From assembly GCA_963821525.1 (NCBI GenBank), contig CAWGED010000005.1, positions 1,152,001-1,216,000 of the forward strand: DNA of 64,000 nucleotides, in the 5' to 3' direction. Position numbers and translations under genes: made by a program. Position 1 is the stretch's first letter. Each line of letters begins with the position of its first letter. The notes under the pieces were generated by a model. The model worked only from the letters and a program-made list of their open reading frames with translations, searched no databases and was not told the origin of the DNA. Below are positions 1 through 8,121 of the stretch, in pieces. The DNA comes from an uncultured Gemmatimonadales bacterium (GTDB lineage Bacteria > Gemmatimonadota > Gemmatimonadetes > Gemmatimonadales > GWC2-71-9).

Positions 1-2
1 AC

Positions 3-245
3 GACTACGCTCTGGAATACGGCACCGACGCGCTCGAGGCACACGAGGACGCCTTCGCCCTGGGGGCCCGAGTTCTGGTGGTAGATGACGTCCTGGCCAC
101 CGGAGGAACCGCTGAGGCCGCGGCGTCGTTGGTGCGGCTCCTGGGCGCCGAGTTGATAGGGTGGAGCTTCTTGCTCGAGCTGGACTTTCTCCACGGTCGC
201 AAACGTCTGACCGGGGCGCCTGTCGAGGCGATTTCCCGGCTTTAG
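3..245 (+). CDS. apt: adenine phosphoribosyltransferase, 3' part (5' end outside window)
   Basis: Manual translation from nt 3: [14 protein letters not shown]...[13 protein letters not shown]...ISRL*. Contains the YxLEYG and PRPP-binding [10 protein letters not shown] motifs; TAG at 243-245. Confidence 0.93.
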   Translation, partial: DYALEYGTDALEAHEDAFALGARVLVVDDVLATGGTAEAAASLVRLLGAELIGWSFLLELDFLHGRKRLTGAPVEAISRL

Positions 246-247
246 CG

Positions 248-277
248 TTGACGCCGCCTGATGCAACTGTCTACTTT
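248..277 (+). promoter_or_regulatory. putative sigma70 promoter for tRNA-Arg
   Basis: TTGACG (248-253), 18-nt spacer, TACTTT (272-277), ending 10 nt before the tRNA. Confidence 0.55.
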
Positions 278-287
278 TAAAGGCTTT

Positions 288-361
288 GCCCCCGTAGCTC
301 AGCTGGATAGAGCAGCGGTTTCCTAAACCGTTGGTCGGACGTTCGAATCGTCTCGGGGGCA
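288..361 (+). tRNA. tRNA-Arg (anticodon CCT)
   Basis: GCCCCCG...CGGGGGC acceptor stem, TAGCTCAGCTGGATAGAGC D-arm, anticodon loop TT-CCT-AA, GTTCGAATC T-loop. CCA end is not encoded. Confidence 0.96.
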
Positions 362-422
362 CCTGCTGCGCCGGATCTCCCAGGACCGGCCTAACCCTTT
401 GGTTTTCGAGCGATCGAGCAAC

Positions 423-1091
423 ATGGCAACCACAATGGAAGCACCGAGCGTTAAGTCCAAGAAAACTGCCGTGACGGCCCCTCCGGCCAGCAAGTTCTCC
501 GTACCGAAGAACCTGCGCCTGGCCGGCGGAATCGCGCTCGGAGCCGTGCTCCTCATCGCCTGGTTTGTGGTCGTCAGCGGGAGGCGGAAGGCCGACTTTG
601 CCAACAGGGCGCTCGAGCAGGCGAGAAGCGCCGCGGAGTCGGGGAATCTGCCGCTGGCCGCGAGCGAGCTGCAGAAGGTGGTCACGACCTATTCCGGCAC
701 TGACGCGGCGCAGGAAGCGGTCATCACGCTCAACCAGGTCAGGCTGCTGAACGGGCAGCAGGAGCTCGCCTCGGTCAGCTTGCAGGACTTTATCAAATCG
801 AAGCCGGACAAGAAATATCTGACCCCGGGATACGCGCTGCTCGGCCGTGCGCTCGAGAACGCGAATCGTCCCGAGGAGGCTGCCCAGGCCTTCCGCTCCG
901 CGTCGGACAATGCGGACGTGGACTACCTTCGCGCCGAGTACCTGAACGACGCCGGCCGGGCTTATGTAGCCGCGGGGAAGAAGGACGAGGCCATCGCAGC
1001 GTACCGAAAGATCATTCAGGATTTTCCTGAATCGAACTCCAAGGTCGAGGCCCAGGTTCGGCTGGCCGAGCTGACCCAAGGGAAGATGTAG
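423..1091 (+). CDS. membrane-anchored tetratricopeptide-repeat protein (YfgM-like)
   Basis: One N-terminal TM helix, then TPR-like helices (GYALLGRALE..., AGRAYVAAGKKDEAIAAYRKIIQDFP). Start set at ATG 423. Confidence 0.75.
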   Translation: MATTMEAPSVKSKKTAVTAPPASKFSVPKNLRLAGGIALGAVLLIAWFVVVSGRRKADFANRALEQARSAAESGNLPLAASELQKVVTTYSGTDAAQEAVITLNQVRLLNGQQELASVSLQDFIKSKPDKKYLTPGYALLGRALENANRPEEAAQAFRSASDNADVDYLRAEYLNDAGRAYVAAGKKDEAIAAYRKIIQDFPESNSKVEAQVRLAELTQGKM

Positions 1092-1096
1092 TAACC

Positions 1097-1125
1097 AGAC
1101 CGCCCGGTATTGGGCGGTCTTTTTT
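1097..1125 (+). terminator. intrinsic terminator
   Basis: AGACCGCCC/GGGCGGTCT perfect 9-bp stem followed by a T run, just after the TPR gene stop. Confidence 0.9.
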
Positions 1126-1137
1126 GGACTCGGCTTA

Positions 1138-1165
1138 ATGTCGTATAATGTGTATTATGTTAAGT
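1138..1165. other. dif: dif chromosome dimer resolution site (XerC/XerD)
   Basis: ATGTCGTATAA-TGTGTA-TTATGTTAAGT: 11-6-11 layout. Right arm matches the E. coli XerD arm TTATGTTAAAT at 10/11. Intergenic, between convergent genes. Confidence 0.9.
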
Positions 1166-1264
1166 TGCGAAGTGGAGAAATGGGGATAACCCAGTCCTTG
1201 CTGTGGCCAGAAACTGTAAGCGATTGATTTAAAGGTCTTTAGGTGGGCTTCTTACCGCAGAATT

Positions 1265-2083
1265 CTACAACACCCCAGTAAACACCATACGCCCTTCTCC
1301 GGCCAGCCAGACGGCCCGGACGGATCCGTTTTCCAAGTTCGCCGCTATCCTGAGGCACCGGCCGCTTCGGGTCCGGATTTCGACCGGGAGGTTGGCTCGC
1401 CCCGCTTGGGCCAGCGCGGCGGCAACCGCTACCGCTCCAGTCCCGCAGGCCAGAGTCTCCCCTTCTACCCCTCGTTCATAGGTCCGAACCGGCCAGGTGC
1501 CGGCCTTACCGGCAGGGGTCGCGACGAAGTTGACGTTGGCGCCGGCCGGGGCGATGGCGGAGTGGTTCCTTAGCTCCCGGCCCCGGGCCATCAGGTCGGC
1601 CCTTTCGATGTCCTCGACCGGCACGACCAAATGAGGCACTCCGACGGTGGCAAAACTGGTGGGACCTTCGCCCGCCGCCGCCCGGATGCTGCCGACCAGT
1701 TCGGGGGCCGGAAAGTCGGGCAGGTTGAGCTCAGCCAAATCCGGTTCCGCCCGACAGCGGGTCATGAAGGTGCCTGCCCCGGTCACCAGCCGCATCCCCG
1801 TGGCGGGTGCCATCTCCAGGTGGGCGGAGAGCCGGGTGCTGCAGAGGGCGGCATTGCCACACATGGCAGCTCGGGAACCGTCGCAGTTGAAGAAATCCAT
1901 CCGGACGGTACTCGTGTCCTCTGGGGTCAGGATCACCAGACCGTCCGCTCCGACGCCGAGACGCCGGTCACAGACGTCCACGATCCTGGCTGCCGGCCAG
2001 TCCGCGAGCGTGGTGGTGCGGCCGTCGAGCAGAACGAAGTCGTTGCCCGACCCGGTCATCTTGTAGAAGACGATTCCCTTCAC
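1265..2083 (-). CDS. dapF: diaminopimelate epimerase
   Basis: FYKMTGSGNDF, GVGADG, MCGNA and TYERGVEGETLACGTGA motifs. Confidence 0.96.
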   Translation of the reverse strand: MKGIVFYKMTGSGNDFVLLDGRTTTLADWPAARIVDVCDRRLGVGADGLVILTPEDTSTVRMDFFNCDGSRAAMCGNAALCSTRLSAHLEMAPATGMRLVTGAGTFMTRCRAEPDLAELNLPDFPAPELVGSIRAAAGEGPTSFATVGVPHLVVPVEDIERADLMARGRELRNHSAIAPAGANVNFVATPAGKAGTWPVRTYERGVEGETLACGTGAVAVAAALAQAGRANLPVEIRTRSGRCLRIAANLENGSVRAVWLAGEGRMVFTGVL

Positions 2084-2090
2084 AGGCCTC

Positions 2091-2810
2091 CTAGATTCTT
2101 CCCAAAATCCCCTGCAGACGCAGCCACCAGACCATCCAGATCGCTTCCCGCACGATCCGCTTGCTCATCTTGCTGTGCCCTTCGACCCGGTCGTGAAAGA
2201 TGATCGGGAGCTCGGTCAGCCGGAAACCCTTTTTCCAGGCGCGGAAACTCATCTCGATCTGGAAGGCATAACCGTTGGACCTCACCTTCTCCAGCGGGAT
2301 CGCTTCCAGCACCTCACGTCGAAAGCACTTGAACCCACCAGTCGAGTCCGTGAGCGGGAGCCCGGTGATCCACCGGGCATAGAGGTTGGCACCCAGGGAC
2401 AGCAGCAGCCGGCTGATAGGCCAGTTGATGACGTTGACCCCTGTCGCATAGCGCGATCCCAGCACCAGGTCCGCATCTTCGATCGCCTTGAGGAACTCCG
2501 GTATGAAGCCCGGGTCATGCGAGAAGTCGGCATCCATCTCGAAAATCGCCTGGAAGCCGTGGTCCAGTCCCCACCGGAAGCCCGCCAGATACGCCCGGCC
2601 CAGTCCCTCCTTGGCCAGCCGATGCAGGACGTGTACCCGGGGCTTGGCCTGACTCATCCGGTCGGCCATGTCCCCGGTACCATCCGGCGAATTGTCGTCG
2701 ACGACCAGTACTTCGATGCGCGGGTCCTGCCGCAGAATGGCCGGAACGATCTGGGGGAGGTTGGTCGCCTCGTTATAGGTCGGCACGATGACCAATACTC
2801 GTTCAATCAC
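2091..2810 (-). CDS. polyprenol monophosphomannose synthase-like GT2 (Ppm1/DPM1 family)
   Basis: VIVPTYNE, VDDNSPDGT, EMDADFSH, SNGYAFQIE motifs. GTG start at 2810. Confidence 0.9.
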   Translation of the reverse strand: MIERVLVIVPTYNEATNLPQIVPAILRQDPRIEVLVVDDNSPDGTGDMADRMSQAKPRVHVLHRLAKEGLGRAYLAGFRWGLDHGFQAIFEMDADFSHDPGFIPEFLKAIEDADLVLGSRYATGVNVINWPISRLLLSLGANLYARWITGLPLTDSTGGFKCFRREVLEAIPLEKVRSNGYAFQIEMSFRAWKKGFRLTELPIIFHDRVEGHSKMSKRIVREAIWMVWWLRLQGILGRI

Positions 2811-5139
2811 GCGCCGGCTTCCTCCCGGTGAATGCGGGAACGCCCGCCATCGCCAAGGCCGCAAGCAGGGCGACGAGACTCACCAGTTTCCCCTTCCGGT
2901 AGGTCGGGGAGTCGAAGGTCAGATCGACTTGGCGGGCTCCGGACGGGAGCACGACGCTCAAGAGAGTATTGTCTCCCCGAAGCACCGGAGCGGGCTTTCC
3001 ATCCACAATCGCGTGCCAGTCAGGATACCAGTTCTCGGCAACAAGCAGGTAACCCGGCTTGGAGTCGGATCCCGTAAGGTTGATGGTCATCTTCCCGGGG
3101 GCCCATCTCGCCACTTCAGCCTTTACCAGAGAGCCTGGGAGCGGCTGAACGAGGGGGTCGGGCGTCAACGACGCGGTGTCCGGATACAGCACCACGGATG
3201 CACCCGGGAAGCGAGGATCTACTACGGTCGGGACCAGTTGCGGTTCCGGTACCTTGGCCGCGGACGGGATGACTCTCGCGTAAGGGGGCACAGTATCCCG
3301 TTCGTAGAGCGTTGCAGGGGTCCCGAAGGCGGTTGAGACCGGGCCCACCACCTGGTGGAATCCGGGAACCTCCTGAGGTTGCCGCAGGATCACATACCGG
3401 AGCGCCACAAGCTCGGCCACGTTAGGAGTAAAGAGGTTTCTCCACCCCTGATCTTTTCCGCCCAGCTCATCGTAAGCGCGCAACTCGTTTCCGTGGTAAC
3501 CCAAAGCATCGGGGATCCGATAGGCCATCAGAATCGATTGTCCGTAGCTAGCCTGGGCGTCCAGCACACGAAATGGCAGTGGTTGCTTCTGCAGGTATGT
3601 GGTGACCTCGTCAGATCCGAAGAGCTGAGCGGCCCGGGGCGAGAACTGGTAGAACAACCGGTCAATACTCCAGAGATCGATGGCGGTCACGGCCACCAGG
3701 ACGGCCGCTGCGGCTCCGCCCCTCAGCTTGCCCGCCGCGATTCCCCAAAGCACGGATCCGCAGGCGAACACTCCCACCAGCAGGCGGAGCGAGCCCAGCC
3801 GGAGGGCGCCGGCGTTCGCCTGGACCTGGCCCATCCGTTCCGCGACTGCCATTCCTTCCGCCACAGCCTGCAGCACTCCGCTCAGGCCGAGGAGCGCGAA
3901 GACTCCGAAGCCGCCCGCGACCAGCAGGACCGAGCGCCGAGCAACTTGTCCGCTGAGCAAGCGATCGAGCCCGATCCCGGCCAGAATCGCCACGGGGAAA
4001 GCGACGAGGAAGAACACCATGCCCATGGCCCGCAGCTTCTTGAGCATGGGCAATAATTCATAGAAGGGGCGGTAGAACGGGGTGTGGCCGGCAAAGGCAA
4101 AGAGGAGAAATAGCGACGCAAGACCCAGCAGGGCGATTACCAACCGGCGGCGATCCCGATCACCCCAGGAAAAGCCGGCCAAGAGGAGCGGGACGATCCC
4201 CAGATACTCGGTGTGGAACTTGATCGGATTGCGGCCCCAGTAGTTGTCGAGCACACCGTTGAACTGCGGCAGGAGGACCGTGAAGATCTCCTCGGGAGGC
4301 ATGGAGTAGAGGTTGACGTAATCCCACCCCGTGTTGGGCCCGCCAGTCGCCCGAGGCGAGTATTTCACGTACTCGAGGAACGGAAGCACCTGAAGCGCTG
4401 TAATTCCTATACCCACCACCACGGCAATAGCAGTGAAGCCAAGCGGTATCCAGGGATTCCGACCTTGCGGCCGGTCGGGATCCAGGAATGCCAGGTAGAG
4501 GGACCAAAGGCCGAGTGCGATCAACAGGAAGTAGCACATCTGATAGTGGCCGAGCACTAGCAGAGCCACTACGATGGCGAAGGCACCGAAGGCCCAGGCC
4601 TGACGATCGCGGAAACCGCGCAGGAGGACCCAGAAAGCCAGTGGTGTGAGAGCCGACACGAAGAGTTTGCCGTCGTGCCCCGGGCTCATCTGGGAAGCAA
4701 CGATTCCGCTTAGCTCGTAGCACACGCCGGCGACAACCGCCGAGGTCCAGCTCAACCGCAAGGCTCTGGCAAATCCGTAGGTGAGCCAGCCGGCGAGCAC
4801 GAAGTGGACAGCCATCCCCCAGGTGATCGCGAGATCAACCGGGAAGACGAGGCGCAGCCACGCTGTGGGATAGAAAATGTCCCCGTGCATCGCGGCGATG
4901 AACGGCAAGCCGCCAAACAGGAAGGGATTCCATTGCGGGATGGAGCCAGTCGCCTTGAACTCCTCCGCGCCAAAAAGCCGGAAGGAATATCCCGCGATGA
5001 ACATGTCCGAGCGGGCACCGCCAAAGAGGATCTGACCGGTAAGGAGAGGCCAGAGCAGAGTCAACGCGGCCAGGGTGCAGACCAGCGCGGCCATGGCTCG
5101 AGGCCAGCGTGGCTCCCATGGATTCGGTTCAGGCGACAC
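2803..5139 (-). CDS. YfhO-family polytopic membrane protein (putative GT-C glycosyltransferase)
   Basis: Many TM helices, N-terminal PQWNPFLFGGLPF, C-terminal LLVAENWYPDWHAIVDGK followed by a last TM helix, typical of YfhO. GTG start at 5139. Confidence 0.8.
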   Translation of the reverse strand: MSPEPNPWEPRWPRAMAALVCTLAALTLLWPLLTGQILFGGARSDMFIAGYSFRLFGAEEFKATGSIPQWNPFLFGGLPFIAAMHGDIFYPTAWLRLVFPVDLAITWGMAVHFVLAGWLTYGFARALRLSWTSAVVAGVCYELSGIVASQMSPGHDGKLFVSALTPLAFWVLLRGFRDRQAWAFGAFAIVVALLVLGHYQMCYFLLIALGLWSLYLAFLDPDRPQGRNPWIPLGFTAIAVVVGIGITALQVLPFLEYVKYSPRATGGPNTGWDYVNLYSMPPEEIFTVLLPQFNGVLDNYWGRNPIKFHTEYLGIVPLLLAGFSWGDRDRRRLVIALLGLASLFLLFAFAGHTPFYRPFYELLPMLKKLRAMGMVFFLVAFPVAILAGIGLDRLLSGQVARRSVLLVAGGFGVFALLGLSGVLQAVAEGMAVAERMGQVQANAGALRLGSLRLLVGVFACGSVLWGIAAGKLRGGAAAAVLVAVTAIDLWSIDRLFYQFSPRAAQLFGSDEVTTYLQKQPLPFRVLDAQASYGQSILMAYRIPDALGYHGNELRAYDELGGKDQGWRNLFTPNVAELVALRYVILRQPQEVPGFHQVVGPVSTAFGTPATLYERDTVPPYARVIPSAAKVPEPQLVPTVVDPRFPGASVVLYPDTASLTPDPLVQPLPGSLVKAEVARWAPGKMTINLTGSDSKPGYLLVAENWYPDWHAIVDGKPAPVLRGDNTLLSVVLPSGARQVDLTFDSPTYRKGKLVSLVALLAALAMAGVPAFTGRKPARD

Positions 5140-6043
5140 TGGGACGTCCTCGACGCATAAGAAGGAACGGAACGGCGCTTCCCAGCTCCGTGATGGTGAG
5201 CAGAACCCGCGACGCCACGGCGAGGGCGGTTGCGGGGCCGAGGCCAATGCTGCCTTGCAGCAGCGCGATCAAAAGCCCCTCACGTACTACCAGGCCTCCA
5301 GGTGCAAATAGCGCGATGAGACCGGCCACATAAGAGGCGGCGAAGGCCGCGATCGCAAGGCTTGGGGCCAGGCTCGGCTCGGGAAGAACCGATTGGGCCA
5401 GCAGCCACAGGGCGAATCCATAACCCACCCAGGCCACAGCATTCGCGGCGGCTCCGAAGATCACCGGTCCGATACTGGGCGAGCCGTATCCGGCTCCCGC
5501 CAGGTCGAGCAGGCGGCGAATCGCCGGCCGCCAAAACAGGAGGCCCACCCCAATCACACCCGCGGCCCCGGTGGCCCAGAACAGCGGTAAGATCCTCGGG
5601 TCGGCGTTCTGAAGCGCCCGAGCGCCGGCTAGCGCCGCGACGCCGGCACCGGTCACGACGGCCAGGGCCTGAAGAATGATCGCCGACGCGGTAGCGGCCC
5701 AGGCGGCTACACCCGCGTCCCGCGCCATGAGTGCCATGCTCGCGATGGCCCAGACCTTCCCCGGGACGTATTTGCCGAGGCTCGAGACGAACCAGATCCG
5801 GGCGGACTCGAGCAGAGGAAGCGATTGCCCCCACCCCGACAGCATTCGTCTCCAGGCTTCGATCAGCATGCCGTACATCAATTCGATCACGATCACTGCC
5901 GCAAGCGCCGGAGCGGGGCGAAAGGTCCAGCTGATCGGCTGGGCCTGAAGATCACTCCAGTTGCGCTGAAAGGTGCGAACTATAAAGAGCAGGATCAGGA
6001 TCGACAGAATCCAACGTCCGATCCGAAGCAGTCGCTCAGGCAC
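5129..6043 (-). CDS. lysylphosphatidylglycerol-synthase TM domain (flippase-like, UPF0104) protein
   Basis: Multi-TM protein with LGKYVPGKVW and APGGLVVREG motifs. Confidence 0.8.
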   Translation of the reverse strand: MPERLLRIGRWILSILILLFIVRTFQRNWSDLQAQPISWTFRPAPALAAVIVIELMYGMLIEAWRRMLSGWGQSLPLLESARIWFVSSLGKYVPGKVWAIASMALMARDAGVAAWAATASAIILQALAVVTGAGVAALAGARALQNADPRILPLFWATGAAGVIGVGLLFWRPAIRRLLDLAGAGYGSPSIGPVIFGAAANAVAWVGYGFALWLLAQSVLPEPSLAPSLAIAAFAASYVAGLIALFAPGGLVVREGLLIALLQGSIGLGPATALAVASRVLLTITELGSAVPFLLMRRGRPSVA

Positions 6044-7175
6044 GCAACGCCTCCACGTACCAACCTTCGAACGCTGCGGCGACGGCTTCGGGTGCCAGGC
6101 GCTGCCGCCAGATTTCTCCCAGACGCTGTGCCTCGGTTCGGGCGCTCTTGTCGGCCATCATCTGCTCTACTCCGGTCGCGATAGCCTCACCCGAGGCGGC
6201 TGTCCGACGTCCGGCCCCCTGCTCTGGGACGATGTCGAGAACCCCTCCCCCGTCGTCACAGGCCACGACAGGAACCCCGGCGGCGAGAGCTTCCACCGCG
6301 GTCAATCCGAACCCTTCTGCCCGGGAGGGAAACAACATCACGTCCATCTCTGCCAATCGTCGGCCGACCTCGGAAGGTGGCACCATGCCGGTGAAATGAA
6401 CGTTCGCGCCGAGGCCCAGGGTTCGTGCGCGGGCTTCCAAAGCCGATCGCTCGGGACCATCTCCTATGATCGTGAGCGGCAGCCGAAGGTCGCGGCGCCA
6501 GAGCTCCGCCAGCGTGTCGAGAGCGAGATGCACCCGCTTCTGGGGGGTTAAGCGGGCCACGATGATGAGCCCTGCCCCACCCTGACCTGGGCGGCTGTCT
6601 GGAACCGTGACCGGCATGGGTTGGACGTGATCGACCGTGCGGCCGGTTGCCTCCCTTACTCTGGCCGCGTGGGAGGTCGAGACAGCGGTGAGCACGCGGG
6701 CGCGCCGGATGACCGGACGGGCCACGGCACGGGCAAGCGGCGAGCGCTCCAGAAGGGCGGCGTCCGTCCCATGAATGGTGAGCAGCATGGGACTCCTCGG
6801 GGGTGCAGCGAGACCGGCGGGCACCCACCAGTGAGCGTGAATCAGCTCGGCGCCGGCGGCAAGCTCTTCCTTCGCGGCAGACCGGAGTGCCCGGTGGAGA
6901 CCCATCAGGGTCCGCCAGCCGGAGATCGAACCGACGACGTCCGCCATCGTGCCCCGATACGCGATTTTCTCCCGCCCCGCCGCCGCGTAACGCACTCGGC
7001 GTACCGGGATCCCGTCGAGTTGCGGCTCGCCCACATCTCCGCCATCGCTCGGGGCAACGACACGAACCGAGACGCCGCGATTCATCAGGGCCCTCGCCAA
7101 GGTGGCGAGGAACGCACCGGAAATGTCGCCCGAATAGCGGGGATAGTTGTGGGTGAGGAAAACGACCCTGGTCAC
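6036..7175 (-). CDS. glycosyltransferase family 4
   Basis: FLTHNYPR, IHAHWWVP, VARLTPQKR and EGFGLTAVE (EX7E) motifs. GTG start at 7175. Confidence 0.9.
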   Translation of the reverse strand: MTRVVFLTHNYPRYSGDISGAFLATLARALMNRGVSVRVVAPSDGGDVGEPQLDGIPVRRVRYAAAGREKIAYRGTMADVVGSISGWRTLMGLHRALRSAAKEELAAGAELIHAHWWVPAGLAAPPRSPMLLTIHGTDAALLERSPLARAVARPVIRRARVLTAVSTSHAARVREATGRTVDHVQPMPVTVPDSRPGQGGAGLIIVARLTPQKRVHLALDTLAELWRRDLRLPLTIIGDGPERSALEARARTLGLGANVHFTGMVPPSEVGRRLAEMDVMLFPSRAEGFGLTAVEALAAGVPVVACDDGGGVLDIVPEQGAGRRTAASGEAIATGVEQMMADKSARTEAQRLGEIWRQRLAPEAVAAAFEGWYVEALRA

Positions 7176-7185
7176 TCGAAGTACG

Positions 7186-8121
7186 TCAGTCGCGATCGCG
7201 CAGGGTGAGCCGGTGGGCCTGCTCCCGCATTTCCTCGCGCAGGCCTGCAATCATCTCGCCCAGGAAACCAAAGCCAAACAGGGCGATGCCGCTGATCACC
7301 ATGGTCTCGACCAGGTTGAGCAATGGTCGGAAGCCGATGCCGTATCCGAACCGCAGCACCAGGGCGATGATTCCCGCAAGGAACCCGATGCCGAAGAGCG
7401 CGGCACCGGCGACGCCGAAGAAGAGCATCGGCTTTCTGCCGAAGCGGAGTTGAAACCAGACCGAGAGCAGGTCCAGCACGCCGATCGGGATCCGCTTCCA
7501 ATTGAACTTCGAGACCCCCGCCCGCCTGGGATGGAGAGGGATCGGGCGTGAAGTGAGCCGGAAGCCATCGGCGGCGGCGATGACGACCATGTAGCGGTGC
7601 CAGTCGGGGCGCAGCGGCACACCTCTCATGATCTCTCGCCGGTAGGCCTTCACCGAGTTCAGGTCGGCGACGCCCACTCCAAAGAGTGTCCGGCAGAGCC
7701 AGTTGTAGACCGAGGAGACGAAGGCCTTCTCGTACTTTCCCACCTTGGTGCCGGTGACGATATCGGCCTGTCCGGCCAGAATCGGAGCTACCAGGGCAGG
7801 GATATCCGCCGGCAGGTACTGGAGGTCAGCTGGGTAGAAGACAAAAACGTCTCCCGTCGCGATGTCGCCGGCGGAGTGCAGCGCGTCGGCGATGCCGCGC
7901 TGGCGGCGATGGGTCACGACCCGGAGGAACGGATAGCGACCCTGCAGCTCGGTGAGCACGGTCGCGGTGCGGTCCCGCGATCCGTCGTTCACGACGATCA
8001 GCTCAAAAGAGAATCCCGCCGAGCTCAGCGCCTCGTCACACAACCGAACAAATTCAGGGAGGTTCTCCGCCTCGTCCTTGGCGGGAACGAGGAGGCTCAC
8101 ATCCAGGACAGCGCTGCTCAT
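7186..8121 (-). CDS. glycosyltransferase family 2 with two C-terminal TM helices (ArnC/GtrB-like)
   Basis: VPAKDE, VNDGSRD, PADLQ, RRAGVSK motifs and a C-terminal TM hairpin. Confidence 0.88.
   Translation of the reverse strand: MSSAVLDVSLLVPAKDEAENLPEFVRLCDEALSSAGFSFELIVVNDGSRDRTATVLTELQGRYPFLRVVTHRRQRGIADALHSAGDIATGDVFVFYPADLQYLPADIPALVAPILAGQADIVTGTKVGKYEKAFVSSVYNWLCRTLFGVGVADLNSVKAYRREIMRGVPLRPDWHRYMVVIAAADGFRLTSRPIPLHPRRAGVSKFNWKRIPIGVLDLLSVWFQLRFGRKPMLFFGVAGAALFGIGFLAGIIALVLRFGYGIGFRPLLNLVETMVISGIALFGFGFLGEMIAGLREEMREQAHRLTLRDRD

Noticed and set aside
288..1165. Island integrated at tRNA-Arg or dif
   Set aside because: No duplicated tRNA 3' end or second dif-like site was noticed, and the flanking genes are housekeeping.
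1130..1264. oriC
   Set aside because: Genes converge on this gap, a dif site is present, there is no dnaA/dnaN nearby and the boxes are few and degenerate. Kept only as a datA-like hypothesis.
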